Counted from the stretch's first letter, positions 15,875 through 25,382 are shown. The stretch: 29,298 nt of DNA from a virus (IMGVR_UViG_3300048021_000073:1-29298), one strand, 5' to 3'. Translations and numbers: made by a program. Notes: a model not told the origin generated them from the sequence alone.

Positions 15875-17697
15875 GACCAACACCCATCCATATCACCTCG
15901 TTTAGCTGACGCAATGAAAGCATCTAAATTACCGTTCCTATTGGCAGCAAAATCTCTAATATTAGTTGACGTAAACTTAGTACCTTTTTCTAGTTTTAAA
16001 TTATCCATCAATCTTTGATAACCTTGAGCAGTAGATATAGCGTCTACTTCTTTTATTCCTGGAAATATCTGACTCATCTTAGCAACAAACTGTTTAAACC
16101 CTTCATCAATTCGTACTTTAGGTTTACCATCTAATTCACCTAAAGACTTACTATAATTATAAACGTACCTTGACTCATCGTCCATGTGTTTAAACACTGG
16201 GTTAACAATGTTGTCTAAAGTTGCAGACATAGGTACTGACGTTTCAGGTGCTAATTTTCCTTCTGTTACTGCGCTTTTATTTATTTTACTTAAAACCTCA
16301 AAAGATATTTCGTCAATAATTTTTTCAGCTTGCTGTTCGTTAATGCCAAACGTATTCTTAACATAATCTAAATACTCTTGTTTATTTACACTGTTCTTTT
16401 TAACTGCAACAGCAGCTTTATCAATATCAGAACCAAATATTAATTTTGAACCATTATGAACAACAGGTTCATCAAATAACTTAGATGATAATTTTGGAGA
16501 TTCGTCTATGTTTTTGGCGTTTATAGTTACTTGTTCTACTGACGATACAGTAGGTCTAGGAAGTCTAGTTGCATTAGGTTTCCAAGTAGTAGGTATTGTA
16601 AAAACAGAATCAGAGTCTACGTCTGCTGTTTTTAATTTCTCACCTACTTCTTTAATTATTCGTCTACCTTCTGCTCTTGCCCCTGCTTCATTTAACCCTG
16701 TATTCTGCATGACAAACTCTAAATACTTGTCATCAGCTTTAGATCGGTTACCTGTTTCTTTTCCAATAATATAAAGAGCTTTATCTAAATCAGACTCGAA
16801 CGTAGGGACTAAATTTTTGTATCTTGGTTTTGCGTTTTTTAAATAACTTGGAAGAGTTGGAGGAATAAAAGGAGCTTCTCCGTCTAGTCCTTTTAATGTT
16901 ATATAACCTTCTTTAAAAGCCTGTTCTTGAGTTAACCTAGCTTGCGTACCATCAGGTAAAATAAGATTTATTCTTTCTTGTGGTTTATATGCTGTTACGT
17001 CTATAGAAAGAAGAGAAGACGTTTCTTGACCAAAAGTAGCTTCTGGAGTTACGCCAACACCTGAAGGACTCATAGGTCCAACTAAAGGTTTAGGAGGTCC
17101 AACTGCACTAGGAGTAGTTGCAGCAGCAGTTAAACTTTTTTGAGCTTCGTCTGTAAGAGTTTTTTCTACTTCTTGAGAAGATTTACCTGCAATTTTATTG
17201 ACTAAACCTGTAACACCTGCGCCAAATAAACCTAAAGTACCTGCGCCTACAGCAGCATTTCGTAATCGGCTATCTTCATACTCATCGTAGGTAGGCTCAA
17301 TAAAACCTAACGCACCTCCTAGCGCACTGTATCTAGCACCTGCGCTTAAAGCTGTTTTAACTTTACCTACACCTATAGCGTTAATAGGATCTAAAATACT
17401 ACCACCAATATAAGATGCCCAAGAAGCTCCTGGATTAGTTTCAAACATTGCTCTTGATTGTCTTTCAGCATCTTGATCTGATTGAGGATCTAAACCAAAC
17501 ATTCTAGCCACACCCCTAATACTAGAACTTAATCCTCTTTCTGCCTGTCTAAACACAACATCACTTGTATCGTAAGCTGTGTCAGTAATAATTCTTAAAC
17601 CTTCTTCAGAAACTTTTGAATAATCACCAGTTCTAGACGCTTCTCTAACAGCTTCTTGATCGCTTTTAGATAGGTTTGATATATCTACGACTGCCAT
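15871..17697 (-). CDS. Internal virion/ejection protein (608 aa)
   Basis: N-terminal Gly/Ala-rich hydrophobic segments, Pro-rich linker, duplicated FxSDxDKA domain; ends DGCWS. Confidence 0.7.
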   Translation of the reverse strand: MAVVDISNLSKSDQEAVREASRTGDYSKVSEEGLRIITDTAYDTSDVVFRQAERGLSSSIRGVARMFGLDPQSDQDAERQSRAMFETNPGASWASYIGGSILDPINAIGVGKVKTALSAGARYSALGGALGFIEPTYDEYEDSRLRNAAVGAGTLGLFGAGVTGLVNKIAGKSSQEVEKTLTDEAQKSLTAAATTPSAVGPPKPLVGPMSPSGVGVTPEATFGQETSSLLSIDVTAYKPQERINLILPDGTQARLTQEQAFKEGYITLKGLDGEAPFIPPTLPSYLKNAKPRYKNLVPTFESDLDKALYIIGKETGNRSKADDKYLEFVMQNTGLNEAGARAEGRRIIKEVGEKLKTADVDSDSVFTIPTTWKPNATRLPRPTVSSVEQVTINAKNIDESPKLSSKLFDEPVVHNGSKLIFGSDIDKAAVAVKKNSVNKQEYLDYVKNTFGINEQQAEKIIDEISFEVLSKINKSAVTEGKLAPETSVPMSATLDNIVNPVFKHMDDESRYVYNYSKSLGELDGKPKVRIDEGFKQFVAKMSQIFPGIKEVDAISTAQGYQRLMDNLKLEKGTKFTSTNIRDFAANRNGNLDAFIASAKRGDMDGCWS

Positions 17698-19202
17698 TAA
17701 TAAAACTCCGTTGGACTATTAGGAAGTAATCTTCTAATAGATTTTCCTAATTCTTTAGTCATTTTTACAACTCCTCTTTTAACATCGTTGTAAAGAGAAC
17801 CATAGGCTTCAGGGTCCAGTTTTGCTAAAGCCTCTAAATAATCAATGTAATCTTCTTCAGTAGGTTCAGAATCACCTCTAAAGATATCTATTAACATAGG
17901 ATCACGATTACCAGACCTAGTGCTTTTCTGACCAAACGCTAAATTTTCTGGGTTCGGACCAAATTCCGAAGTACCTGGCAACCTTACTGCATCCATTAGC
18001 TCAGGACTATATTCCGGTCCACCAGAAGGTGTGAGAGTTCTGTAGTCTCTTTCTGTTGACGGTATAACTGAAGGAACAAAAGACTGATCTAAGTTTGCTA
18101 TGTTTCTCATATCGTCTTTAAACAAACCACCAGTATCAGCTAAGTCTGGTCTAAATTCAAAAGTACCTTGCTGTTGATTTCTACGGGTAAAAGAAGGATC
18201 TAAATCTTTTGCTCCTGGTCTAAACTCAAATTTATTAGGATCAATATAATTAAAATCGCTATCATCCCTAGTAACAAACTCTTCTCTAGCAGATTCAGAA
18301 TCAGGAGATAACTCGACTAAATTATCTCTTGGTTGTATAGTAAACAAAGCTCCTGGACCTTGATCTGCTCCTGATTGTGAGATAACCGCACCCACAGTTT
18401 GAGGATCTTTAATAAGATCAGTTTCTCCTTCCCGTAACCTTTCTTCTCTTTCTGCTTCGGCTTTTGCTATTTTCCTATCAGTTTCTGCTTTCGCAGCATC
18501 AGTGTCTATACTAACTTGAGAAGTTTCTGAACTATCTCCTCGACTAATATCTGTTTCAACATAGTTATCTCTAGGCGATACATCTAAACCTGCTCGGTAG
18601 TCTCGTCCTCTTTGTATAGCAGTTTTCCTTTGTGGGTTAAAAGCTAAATCTGTATCAAAAAATACGTCCCTGCCTATTACTTCTACTGGATTAAGCGGGT
18701 TACCTTGCATATCGTAGAAGTTACCTGCTTTATCCTCTTTAACAAAGTTACCTTCAATATCAACATAATTATTTGAAGTTGCAGGACCATACTGACTTTC
18801 TTGTAAAGCAAGTTCACGAGCTTGTGTGCTTAGTACACTTGAACGATCATAAAGACGAACAGCTTCGTTAGTGTAACCTTCAGCTTGTAACTTATCAGCT
18901 ACCCTTTTAAGTGCTACAGGGTCATTTAAATCACCGCCTTCTTCGACAAGAATCTGATTGATACGGTTGTACTTTTTAATAAGAGGATCTTCTATCTGCT
19001 CTCCGAACATACCACCAGCAGTTCTTAAAGTTTCTCCTACGTCCACTCCAGCCCTAGCTGCCCAAGCAAAAGGACCAAGACCCTGACCAGCACCTTGTAG
19101 CCTAGCTAAGTATTTTTGTCTTGCTGCGTCCTCTTCTTCTTTCTTTCTAGCAAAAACAATTTCTTCTGCTGAAGGACCAAATAACGATGCGACCGTTGCC
19201 AT
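17697..19202 (-). CDS. Internal virion protein (501 aa, acidic)
   Basis: TAAGGA RBS; position in the ejection block; MATVASLFG start, low-complexity acidic middle. Confidence 0.65.
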   Translation of the reverse strand: MATVASLFGPSAEEIVFARKKEEEDAARQKYLARLQGAGQGLGPFAWAARAGVDVGETLRTAGGMFGEQIEDPLIKKYNRINQILVEEGGDLNDPVALKRVADKLQAEGYTNEAVRLYDRSSVLSTQARELALQESQYGPATSNNYVDIEGNFVKEDKAGNFYDMQGNPLNPVEVIGRDVFFDTDLAFNPQRKTAIQRGRDYRAGLDVSPRDNYVETDISRGDSSETSQVSIDTDAAKAETDRKIAKAEAEREERLREGETDLIKDPQTVGAVISQSGADQGPGALFTIQPRDNLVELSPDSESAREEFVTRDDSDFNYIDPNKFEFRPGAKDLDPSFTRRNQQQGTFEFRPDLADTGGLFKDDMRNIANLDQSFVPSVIPSTERDYRTLTPSGGPEYSPELMDAVRLPGTSEFGPNPENLAFGQKSTRSGNRDPMLIDIFRGDSEPTEEDYIDYLEALAKLDPEAYGSLYNDVKRGVVKMTKELGKSIRRLLPNSPTEFY

Positions 19203-19214
19203 ATCTATTCCTTA

Positions 19215-20300
19215 TTAGTTTGGATTTAATACACCTGGAGCAGAAATTCCTCTACCATAATCAATACCACCACCAATACCACCACCAGGTCTAAAAATAT
19301 TACCAAAGAAGTCACCTAACATTCCTGCTCCCTGTTTAGCTCCTTCTTGTACAGTAGGACTTTCCATCAATCCGCGCATAATGTTATAACGTGCTGCTTC
19401 ACCTGCTTGACTTGCTTGTAGCTGTCCTAACGCTCCTTGTGCGCCTAAACCAGCAGCAAACTGACCGCCACCCATTGCAGCTTGACCTAATGTAGATCCA
19501 AGTTGTAGTGGTTGCTGTGCAGCAGTTTCTAAATCACGTTGTGTCTGGAACTGAGCTTGGAACGGAGCTAACGCACCCGCTTGAGTCTGGTAGCCTGACG
19601 TAAGAACACCAGCACCTTGACCTAATAAACCTGCACCAAAACCTAACTGCTGTTGTGAAGCCTGTTCAGCTTGTGCAGCTAACTGTAAATCTCTACGTCT
19701 ACGGGACTCAGCCAGTGCCTGTAGTTCTGGTTGTCCACCAGCACCAACACTCAGCCCTCCTCGACCACGACCAAACACACTAGAAGCTAAACGCTGTTCT
19801 TCTTCAACATCATAAGGACGCAATACATCCATCTGTTGCTGCATATAACGCTGTCTAAGCTGTTCAGGGGTTTGAGCAAGATAGCTTTCACCTAAGTTTA
19901 ATAGACCACCTCCTGCTCGTTCAAACTGTGGTTGCATAGCAGCAGCACGTTCAGCTTGTCCAAGACTAGTTTCCATTAAAGAACCTAGTTGTTGTTGTCT
20001 AGCTAGTACTTCAGGCGAAGCGTCATACGAAGCGGATTTAAGTTGTCCAGTAGTGGGGTCTACTTCAAACTTAGATTCTCCAAAAAGAGTTTTTACACCG
20101 ACAGGTTTGAACATACCCATCTGTCCGTAACGATTTAATTGCCCAGCATATTGTCCACCAGCTCTGTTAACAGCACCAGATATTTGATTACCAGCAATAG
20201 CCCCGCCAACAGCAGAACCTATAGCTCCACCAATAGGACCGCCTAACGCTGTTCCTATAGCGGGTGCTGCTGCTCCAACTAGACTTTTAAATAACCCCAT
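19215..20300 (-). CDS. DNA pilot/ejection protein (Gly/Ala/Gln-rich)
   Basis: N-terminal GxxxG-rich hydrophobic stretch and Q-rich helices; directly downstream of tail genes. Confidence 0.7.
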   Translation of the reverse strand: MGLFKSLVGAAAPAIGTALGGPIGGAIGSAVGGAIAGNQISGAVNRAGGQYAGQLNRYGQMGMFKPVGVKTLFGESKFEVDPTTGQLKSASYDASPEVLARQQQLGSLMETSLGQAERAAAMQPQFERAGGGLLNLGESYLAQTPEQLRQRYMQQQMDVLRPYDVEEEQRLASSVFGRGRGGLSVGAGGQPELQALAESRRRRDLQLAAQAEQASQQQLGFGAGLLGQGAGVLTSGYQTQAGALAPFQAQFQTQRDLETAAQQPLQLGSTLGQAAMGGGQFAAGLGAQGALGQLQASQAGEAARYNIMRGLMESPTVQEGAKQGAGMLGDFFGNIFRPGGGIGGGIDYGRGISAPGVLNPN

Positions 20301-20318
20301 TTCTTTATCCTCTTTAAA

Positions 20319-20996
20319 TTAAGCTGTACGTTTCCACATATAAACTACGATGTACGGTTGTAAGTTTTTACCTGTTGCTGACTCACCTGCGCTGGCTATT
20401 GTTGTTGTGGTTTCAGTAGTTATGTTTGCAGTTGCTGATCCAGACTGAACACCGCTTCCTGACAACAAAGCATCTCCACCAGTACCAGAAGCACCTAATC
20501 CTCTAGCAACACTGTGTGTATGTCCAGAGTCTGTAGACGTTGAGTTTGAACTAGCTGCGTGAGTATGCGTAGGTATAATTGCATCTTTAGTACCACCTGT
20601 TTCTTCTACAGTGTTAAAGTCTGAGTCAGCAGCGTTTAAACCTACTGGTACTTTACCTGCTCCAAATGCTGCCCAAGTACCAAAACCTAACAAGGTAGCA
20701 GGATTAGTTGATACCGCAGCGTTCATGTAAATAGAACCAACTGGATACGCACCAGCTAAACCAGCTTGAACAAATGCTGTTGTGGCTATTTGTGTGCTAG
20801 ATGTTCCAAAAGCTGCTGTAGGTGCTGAAGGTGTACCAGTAAACGTAGGACCATTTAGATCAGCCTTAGATGTTACAGCAGACGCAATAGCTGTATACTC
20901 TGCATCTATCTCTGATCCTTTAATAATCTTACCTGCGTCACCACTGCTTAATCCGTCTTTTAATGTAAAGTTAGTTGCTTTTGTATAATCAGACAT
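20319..20996 (-). CDS. Short tail fibre/needle protein with T4 gp10-C-like domain
   Basis: FTGTPSAPT...TQIATTAFV fibre repeat; YPVGSIY...GFGTW...GKVPVG; HTH/HSH motifs; NLQPYIVVYMWKRTA end. Confidence 0.8.
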   Translation of the reverse strand: MSDYTKATNFTLKDGLSSGDAGKIIKGSEIDAEYTAIASAVTSKADLNGPTFTGTPSAPTAAFGTSSTQIATTAFVQAGLAGAYPVGSIYMNAAVSTNPATLLGFGTWAAFGAGKVPVGLNAADSDFNTVEETGGTKDAIIPTHTHAASSNSTSTDSGHTHSVARGLGASGTGGDALLSGSGVQSGSATANITTETTTTIASAGESATGKNLQPYIVVYMWKRTA

Positions 20997-21004
20997 AATA
21001 ATCC

Positions 21005-22624
21005 CTAAACTGTTTTACCTGCTTTAACATAAATATCTATCTTTTGTATTGACAATGGACTTTGATTTATATCTGCTTCAAACCCTAATTGCATAATAGA
21101 ACCTGAACCACCTAAGTTACTGTTCACTTCTTCAAGAACTAAACCACTAGAAAACTCTGCAATAGCGTACTCACCAATGTTGTACTCATAAACAGAACCA
21201 GTTCGTAGTTGCTTAGTTATTGATCGATATGAGTTAATGTAATCAAATCCATACTTTAATGCTACGTCTTGACCGACACCACCTACCACTACAAAGTTAC
21301 CTTTCTTTAAGAACTTCATAGTTGTTGGACTACCTAAGTCAAAGTAGTTAGTGTAGTAACGCAGTCTGTACTTTACTGTGTCATCTAAGAACCCAAAGTA
21401 TTTACCTAAGTAACCTTCTTTACCTAGAAGAAGATCGCCTGTATAAGTGACATGTAAGGCGGTGGGTTCAATGCTATCCCAGATAGTAACCCTTGCTGCA
21501 CCATTCTGTAGTCTACCTCGCAGATCAAAACAAAATACATACTTAGATGTTGGTAGTGTTAAAATATAAAAAGCATCTTTAGGGTAGTAAGTTGCTTTAA
21601 TCTTTTCTTTATTAGATTCTGATTCTACATACGCAACTAAGTCATCTCTAACATTAAATGATATGTCATTAATCGGTGCTGACTTTTCCTGAATAACACG
21701 AGCAATACTTCTTACACCTGTGTCAGACAAGAACATAACATCCGTACCTGTATTGACAATACTGTCTCTAGCAATACATCCTACGTTAGCTACTAAGTCT
21801 ACTAACTCTAATTGAGTAACATCAATAGGATTAGCGTAAACAGCAATGTTTCTTTTACCAAATATAATTAAGAAACCGTTGTGTGCTGCTAGTCCTACTA
21901 TCTCGTCTCCGTTAGGAAACACATCAATCAATGACAAGTAACCTGAGTCACCTGTTGCAAGATTAGTACCATCTAGTAATGCACTGAAGTATAGTGTTTG
22001 TTTATCGTTAGCAATGTCTGCCCACCAAGTCCTACCGTATGCACCTATAACTACATTAGGCTTAAAATCACTAACAGAAGCGTAGGTGGTAGGTACTGAG
22101 CCAGCATCGCTAAGTAAGTTAAAACCATAAGCACCTGTGTGTGCATGACTAGCTCCTAGTTTGTGATAGACTAACGGTAAGTGTCCTGCTTGTGCTAAGT
22201 AAGCATGAGGACTTACATCCGGTCCTTCACCGAACACAATACTAGCACCCATCCAGTCGTTACCTGTGATACTGTATGCTGTTGTACCTGTCCCTGCTGC
22301 ATTAGATACTGTAGTATTAACTGCTGTTACTAATGTACTTGCTCCACTAGCTCTGGTAAGTATTTTATTATTACCAGCACATAGCGTTACATCTGTCTCA
22401 GGTATGTTATAAATAAACTCGATATCATTAGTGCCTAGATCAGAGTTAGTAGAACTGTTTACTTTCTGCCAACCTCGTCTAGCACCTATACGACCAAACT
22501 TATCTATAACACAGTTGTATGCTTCTAGTGCATAGCCTGATGCAAGATCAACACTGCTCTCTTGTGTATTAATACCAAGAAAGCCTGGTGCTGATATTGT
22601 TGATGATTGTAATCGACCAGCCAT
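21005..22624 (-). CDS. Tail nozzle / tubular protein B-like (head closure)
   Basis: 539 aa, beta-rich (propeller-like), APGFLGINTQ start, VGCIARDSIV motif; follows the adaptor gene. Confidence 0.75.
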   Translation of the reverse strand: MAGRLQSSTISAPGFLGINTQESSVDLASGYALEAYNCVIDKFGRIGARRGWQKVNSSTNSDLGTNDIEFIYNIPETDVTLCAGNNKILTRASGASTLVTAVNTTVSNAAGTGTTAYSITGNDWMGASIVFGEGPDVSPHAYLAQAGHLPLVYHKLGASHAHTGAYGFNLLSDAGSVPTTYASVSDFKPNVVIGAYGRTWWADIANDKQTLYFSALLDGTNLATGDSGYLSLIDVFPNGDEIVGLAAHNGFLIIFGKRNIAVYANPIDVTQLELVDLVANVGCIARDSIVNTGTDVMFLSDTGVRSIARVIQEKSAPINDISFNVRDDLVAYVESESNKEKIKATYYPKDAFYILTLPTSKYVFCFDLRGRLQNGAARVTIWDSIEPTALHVTYTGDLLLGKEGYLGKYFGFLDDTVKYRLRYYTNYFDLGSPTTMKFLKKGNFVVVGGVGQDVALKYGFDYINSYRSITKQLRTGSVYEYNIGEYAIAEFSSGLVLEEVNSNLGGSGSIMQLGFEADINQSPLSIQKIDIYVKAGKTV

Positions 22625-23271
22625 TAGACTTGATGCCAGACATATTCGTCACTGTATCTACCATTCTCAATAGCTATGTGATCCGCTAATGACAAATCAG
22701 CTAATGCAGTAGCTTCTTGTGCAGCTAGTCCACCGTCTTCACCTCGTTCTGCTACAGCCATTGCATAAGCATATTTAAGTACAGGCTCTGAAGGAACTTT
22801 AAGTACATCTGCTCCTGCGCTTAGTGATGCCTGTGGTTTAAATATGTTAAAAAATACATTGTAAACCCCATCAGGAATAGGAAAGATATCTACTTGCGTG
22901 TCTCCGTTAGTATCTACACCGTTAAAGTTATAGTAGTACGGAGAACCTTTTTGTGGTGTCTGATTAAGAAACAAGTTATTCATCTGACTAAAAGGCATAT
23001 ACTCTAAGAAAAAATTGTCCTCACTATTAATAACATCAATGACTTTAAAGCGTTGTCCTGACCCTGTCATAACATAGTTAAACAAATCATCAGCAGTAGT
23101 AACCGTCAACGTTTCAGACAAAGCATTCCACTGATACGAATCTTCTACTGTTCTTTTAGCATCGTTAACAAACTTACTAATTAACTTAGAGTACGGAGTA
23201 TCTGTTGTAGCAGTTACCTCGTCTTCTCTCAGTCTTATTAGTACGTCATTAACTAAATCTAAGTAGTTCAT
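22624..23271 (-). CDS. Head-tail adaptor / tail tubular protein A-like
   Basis: MNYLDLVNDVLIRLRE start, FVNDAK..VE...W, FPIPD motif; 215 aa. Confidence 0.75.
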   Translation of the reverse strand: MNYLDLVNDVLIRLREDEVTATTDTPYSKLISKFVNDAKRTVEDSYQWNALSETLTVTTADDLFNYVMTGSGQRFKVIDVINSEDNFFLEYMPFSQMNNLFLNQTPQKGSPYYYNFNGVDTNGDTQVDIFPIPDGVYNVFFNIFKPQASLSAGADVLKVPSEPVLKYAYAMAVAERGEDGGLAAQEATALADLSLADHIAIENGRYSDEYVWHQV

Positions 23272-23507
23272 TATCTAAACCTTTTGGTTTTCTTTGCTAT
23301 AGCTTTAGGCTGCTTAACAAACTGTTTACCTTTTTTATTACCTTTAGCTTTAGCTCTGTTAGTTGCTGCTTTTTCAGAAGGAGATAAACTATCCCAAGCT
23401 GCTTTAGGTAAATATCTTTTCTTACCTTTACTAGGAGAACCATCAGAAGTTTTCCATTCTTGCTTAGTCCACTTCTTTAGGCTTTTCTGTGACTTCTTCA
23501 GAGGCAT
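23271..23507 (-). CDS. Highly basic small protein (DUF5872-like, C-terminal part)
   Basis: QKSLKKWTKQEW...RYLPKAAW..LS..EKAATNRAK...KQFV. Confidence 0.7.
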   Translation of the reverse strand: MPLKKSQKSLKKWTKQEWKTSDGSPSKGKKRYLPKAAWDSLSPSEKAATNRAKAKGNKKGKQFVKQPKAIAKKTKRFR

Positions 23508-23686
23508 TACTTATAACCTCCTCCCTTAGCTTTGTATTGCTTTGCTAACATCTGGGCTTTACGAGCAGACCACTGACCAGGATTACCTCCTTTACTGCCA
23601 GCTTTAATCTGCTCGAATAACCTCTTCCTCATTGTAGGCTTAGTATAATTACCAGCCTGATTTACCTTAGACTTTGCCTTAGGCAT
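23507..23686 (-). CDS. Basic small protein (59 aa; DUF5872-like, N-terminal part), not in ORF track
   Basis: NYTKPTMRKRL...GSKGGNPGQWSARKAQMLAKQYKAKGGGYK; TAATG coupling on both sides. Confidence 0.75.
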   Translation of the reverse strand: MPKAKSKVNQAGNYTKPTMRKRLFEQIKAGSKGGNPGQWSARKAQMLAKQYKAKGGGYK

Positions 23687-23757
23687 TACTTCTTTTTCTT
23701 TACTGGTTTCTTTTTCTTCATTGGCTTCATTTTTTTACCGTATCCGTATCCTGGCAT
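23686..23757 (-). CDS. 23-aa lysine-rich peptide
   Basis: MPGYGYGKKMKPMKKKKPVKKKK; AGGAG RBS; TAATG coupling to the next gene. Confidence 0.65.
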   Translation of the reverse strand: MPGYGYGKKMKPMKKKKPVKKKK

Positions 23758-23766
23758 ATCTATCTC

Positions 23767-24123
23767 CTATGAGTGAAATTGTGTTGCTAATGCTGGTTTT
23801 AATTCCATAGTTACTATGTAAGTAATCGTGCTTGATGTACCGCTATTCTTAACACGAATTACATCGTTCTCTTTTAAATCTATCTGTAAGTCTTTTAACA
23901 ACAAATACTCACCATTAGTTGCTTGTAATGTTTTAGCATGAGCTAGTGGATACTCTGTTGTTGTGTGACTGTCATACCAGTACAAGTCTGCGTCCTCATT
24001 ACCAGCAGTAGCTAAGATATAAATCATATGTATCTCAGCAGTGTTCTTTGCTGGAACAGTATACATATCAACCTTTGCGCTATCGTTTGTTCTTGTTTTT
24101 ACGGCTGTTACGCTTCTTGCCAT
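23767..24123 (-). CDS. Hypothetical (possibly virion) protein, 118 aa
   Basis: Beta-rich ORF with YTVP and LKENDVIRV segments in the late operon. Confidence 0.7.
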   Translation of the reverse strand: MARSVTAVKTRTNDSAKVDMYTVPAKNTAEIHMIYILATAGNEDADLYWYDSHTTTEYPLAHAKTLQATNGEYLLLKDLQIDLKENDVIRVKNSGTSSTITYIVTMELKPALATQFHS

Positions 24124-24496
24124 GAATTATTCTTTCTATTGAGTTGACAAACCCTGCCCAGATCTCTTGTGGGCTAGGAAGTAACCACCCTAATACCAAC
24201 AACAATAAGTACCACATTGGTACATTAGTATTATTCTGCACTAGGCTATCTACTTTAGATGTGTTAATGCTGCTGTCATTTTCCTTCTGACTAACATTAA
24301 CATTCTCACCTTCGATCTTGGTGTTGTCTTGTTGACCTACTACCTGCTGTGTATTCTCTTTACCTACCTGAGCATTAGCATTGACATTAGTACCAGATTT
24401 ACCTGGCATTATAGCTTTAGCAATACCTAAAGCGGTGCATCCTTGTAAAAGAAATATACCACATATTGACAATAAAGTCAAGTACTTTTTAGTCAT
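24080..24496 (-). CDS. Unimolecular spanin-like lipoprotein
   Basis: Lipoprotein signal with lipobox LQGC, N/Q-rich periplasmic part, C-terminal TM (VPMWYLLLLVLGWLLPSP) and basic tail: the T1 gp11 topology. Confidence 0.7.
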   Translation of the reverse strand: MTKKYLTLLSICGIFLLQGCTALGIAKAIMPGKSGTNVNANAQVGKENTQQVVGQQDNTKIEGENVNVSQKENDSSINTSKVDSLVQNNTNVPMWYLLLLVLGWLLPSPQEIWAGFVNSIERIIHGKKRNSRKNKNKR

Positions 24497-24684
24497 CTAT
24501 TAAGGATAAGGTCTACTAGCCACCCAAAGGAAGCACCTAGTATTAACAGCAGTACACCAGCACCTTTCCATTTAGTTACTAGCTCAGTCATTCCTTGAAC
24601 GTCTATACGCAACTGTTCCATCTGACGCTGTAAAGATTCTACCTGTGCTTCTAGCCTACCTATCTGTTGGTTTAAATCTTCCAT
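24493..24684 (-). CDS. Coiled-coil plus C-terminal TM protein (holin/XhlA-like)
   Basis: IGRLEAQVESL heptads then WKGAGVLLLILGASFGWLV; adjacent to the spanin. Confidence 0.6.
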   Translation of the reverse strand: MEDLNQQIGRLEAQVESLQRQMEQLRIDVQGMTELVTKWKGAGVLLLILGASFGWLVDLILNR

Positions 24685-24962
24685 TACCATTTCACCTTAT
24701 TAGCCCAGTATGCTGCTGACATCTTACCTTTAGATATATTACTAGCGTGTCTTGCTTTAAATGATTTACGCCTGGCTTTTTCTTTTGATGATGAAGGTGA
24801 TTTACCTGCGCCTGATACACCCTGCTGACCAAACCTTATAGTCTTAACCTTGTCACCCTCTTTAGCCACAACAACATGAGACTTCTTAGGATGGTTAGGT
24901 GTACGTTTAGGTTTGTTAAACCCTGATACACCTGCTCTTTCTAGTCTACTGTCCTTCTTCAC
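24684..24962 (-). CDS. Highly basic conserved phage protein (92 aa)
   Basis: FNKPKRTP.HPKKSHVV...IRFGQQG...RRKSFKARH...SAAYWANKVKW. Confidence 0.75.
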   Translation of the reverse strand: MKKDSRLERAGVSGFNKPKRTPNHPKKSHVVVAKEGDKVKTIRFGQQGVSGAGKSPSSSKEKARRKSFKARHASNISKGKMSAAYWANKVKW

Positions 24963-25221
24963 TCTTAGCCTCCAGTAACTTTACTCTAACGTGTAAGTCT
25001 GCGAATCTTTGAAATATCTCTTCTTTTAACTCATGTCTTGCAAAAGCATTACCAGGACTAGGAATAATCTGTCCTTGTGGATCTACTAACATCATCATGT
25101 TAGCTTGCAACAATTGTATCTCACCTCTTAACTCATTGACGTTACTAATAACCCACCACATTGCAGCAAGCATTACTGGTATGATTCCAGCAAGTAACGT
25201 AGCTAAGTCAAAGTTTTTCAT
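24946..25221 (-). CDS. Membrane protein (N-terminal TM, coiled coil)
   Basis: LATLLAGIIPVMLAAMWWVI TM segment. Confidence 0.65.
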   Translation of the reverse strand: MKNFDLATLLAGIIPVMLAAMWWVISNVNELRGEIQLLQANMMMLVDPQGQIIPSPGNAFARHELKEEIFQRFADLHVRVKLLEAKSEEGQ

Positions 25222-25382
25222 TAGTCTGTTGGATCAGGCGTGTTGCCTTCTGCTAACCACTTTTGATATTCCTGCCAATCTGTATTAGCTTCATCATCAG
25301 GAATGATTGCACCGTCTGATGTACGAATAATTCCTGCCATAGTTTCATCAGTAATTAAATTTTTCTCTCTTATCTTGTACAT
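25221..25382 (-). CDS. Tail fibre assembly-like small protein (53 aa), not in ORF track
   Basis: [29 protein letters not shown] motif directly after the fibre gene. Confidence 0.7.
   Translation of the reverse strand: MYKIREKNLITDETMAGIIRTSDGAIIPDDEANTDWQEYQKWLAEGNTPDPTD

Noticed and set aside
15240-15883. Ejection genes as one frameshifted gene or assembly error
   Set aside because: Both junctions are clean ATGA/TAATG couplings, one with a GGAG RBS, with no slippery sequence and with matching terminal Cys motifs, which favours genuine separate genes.
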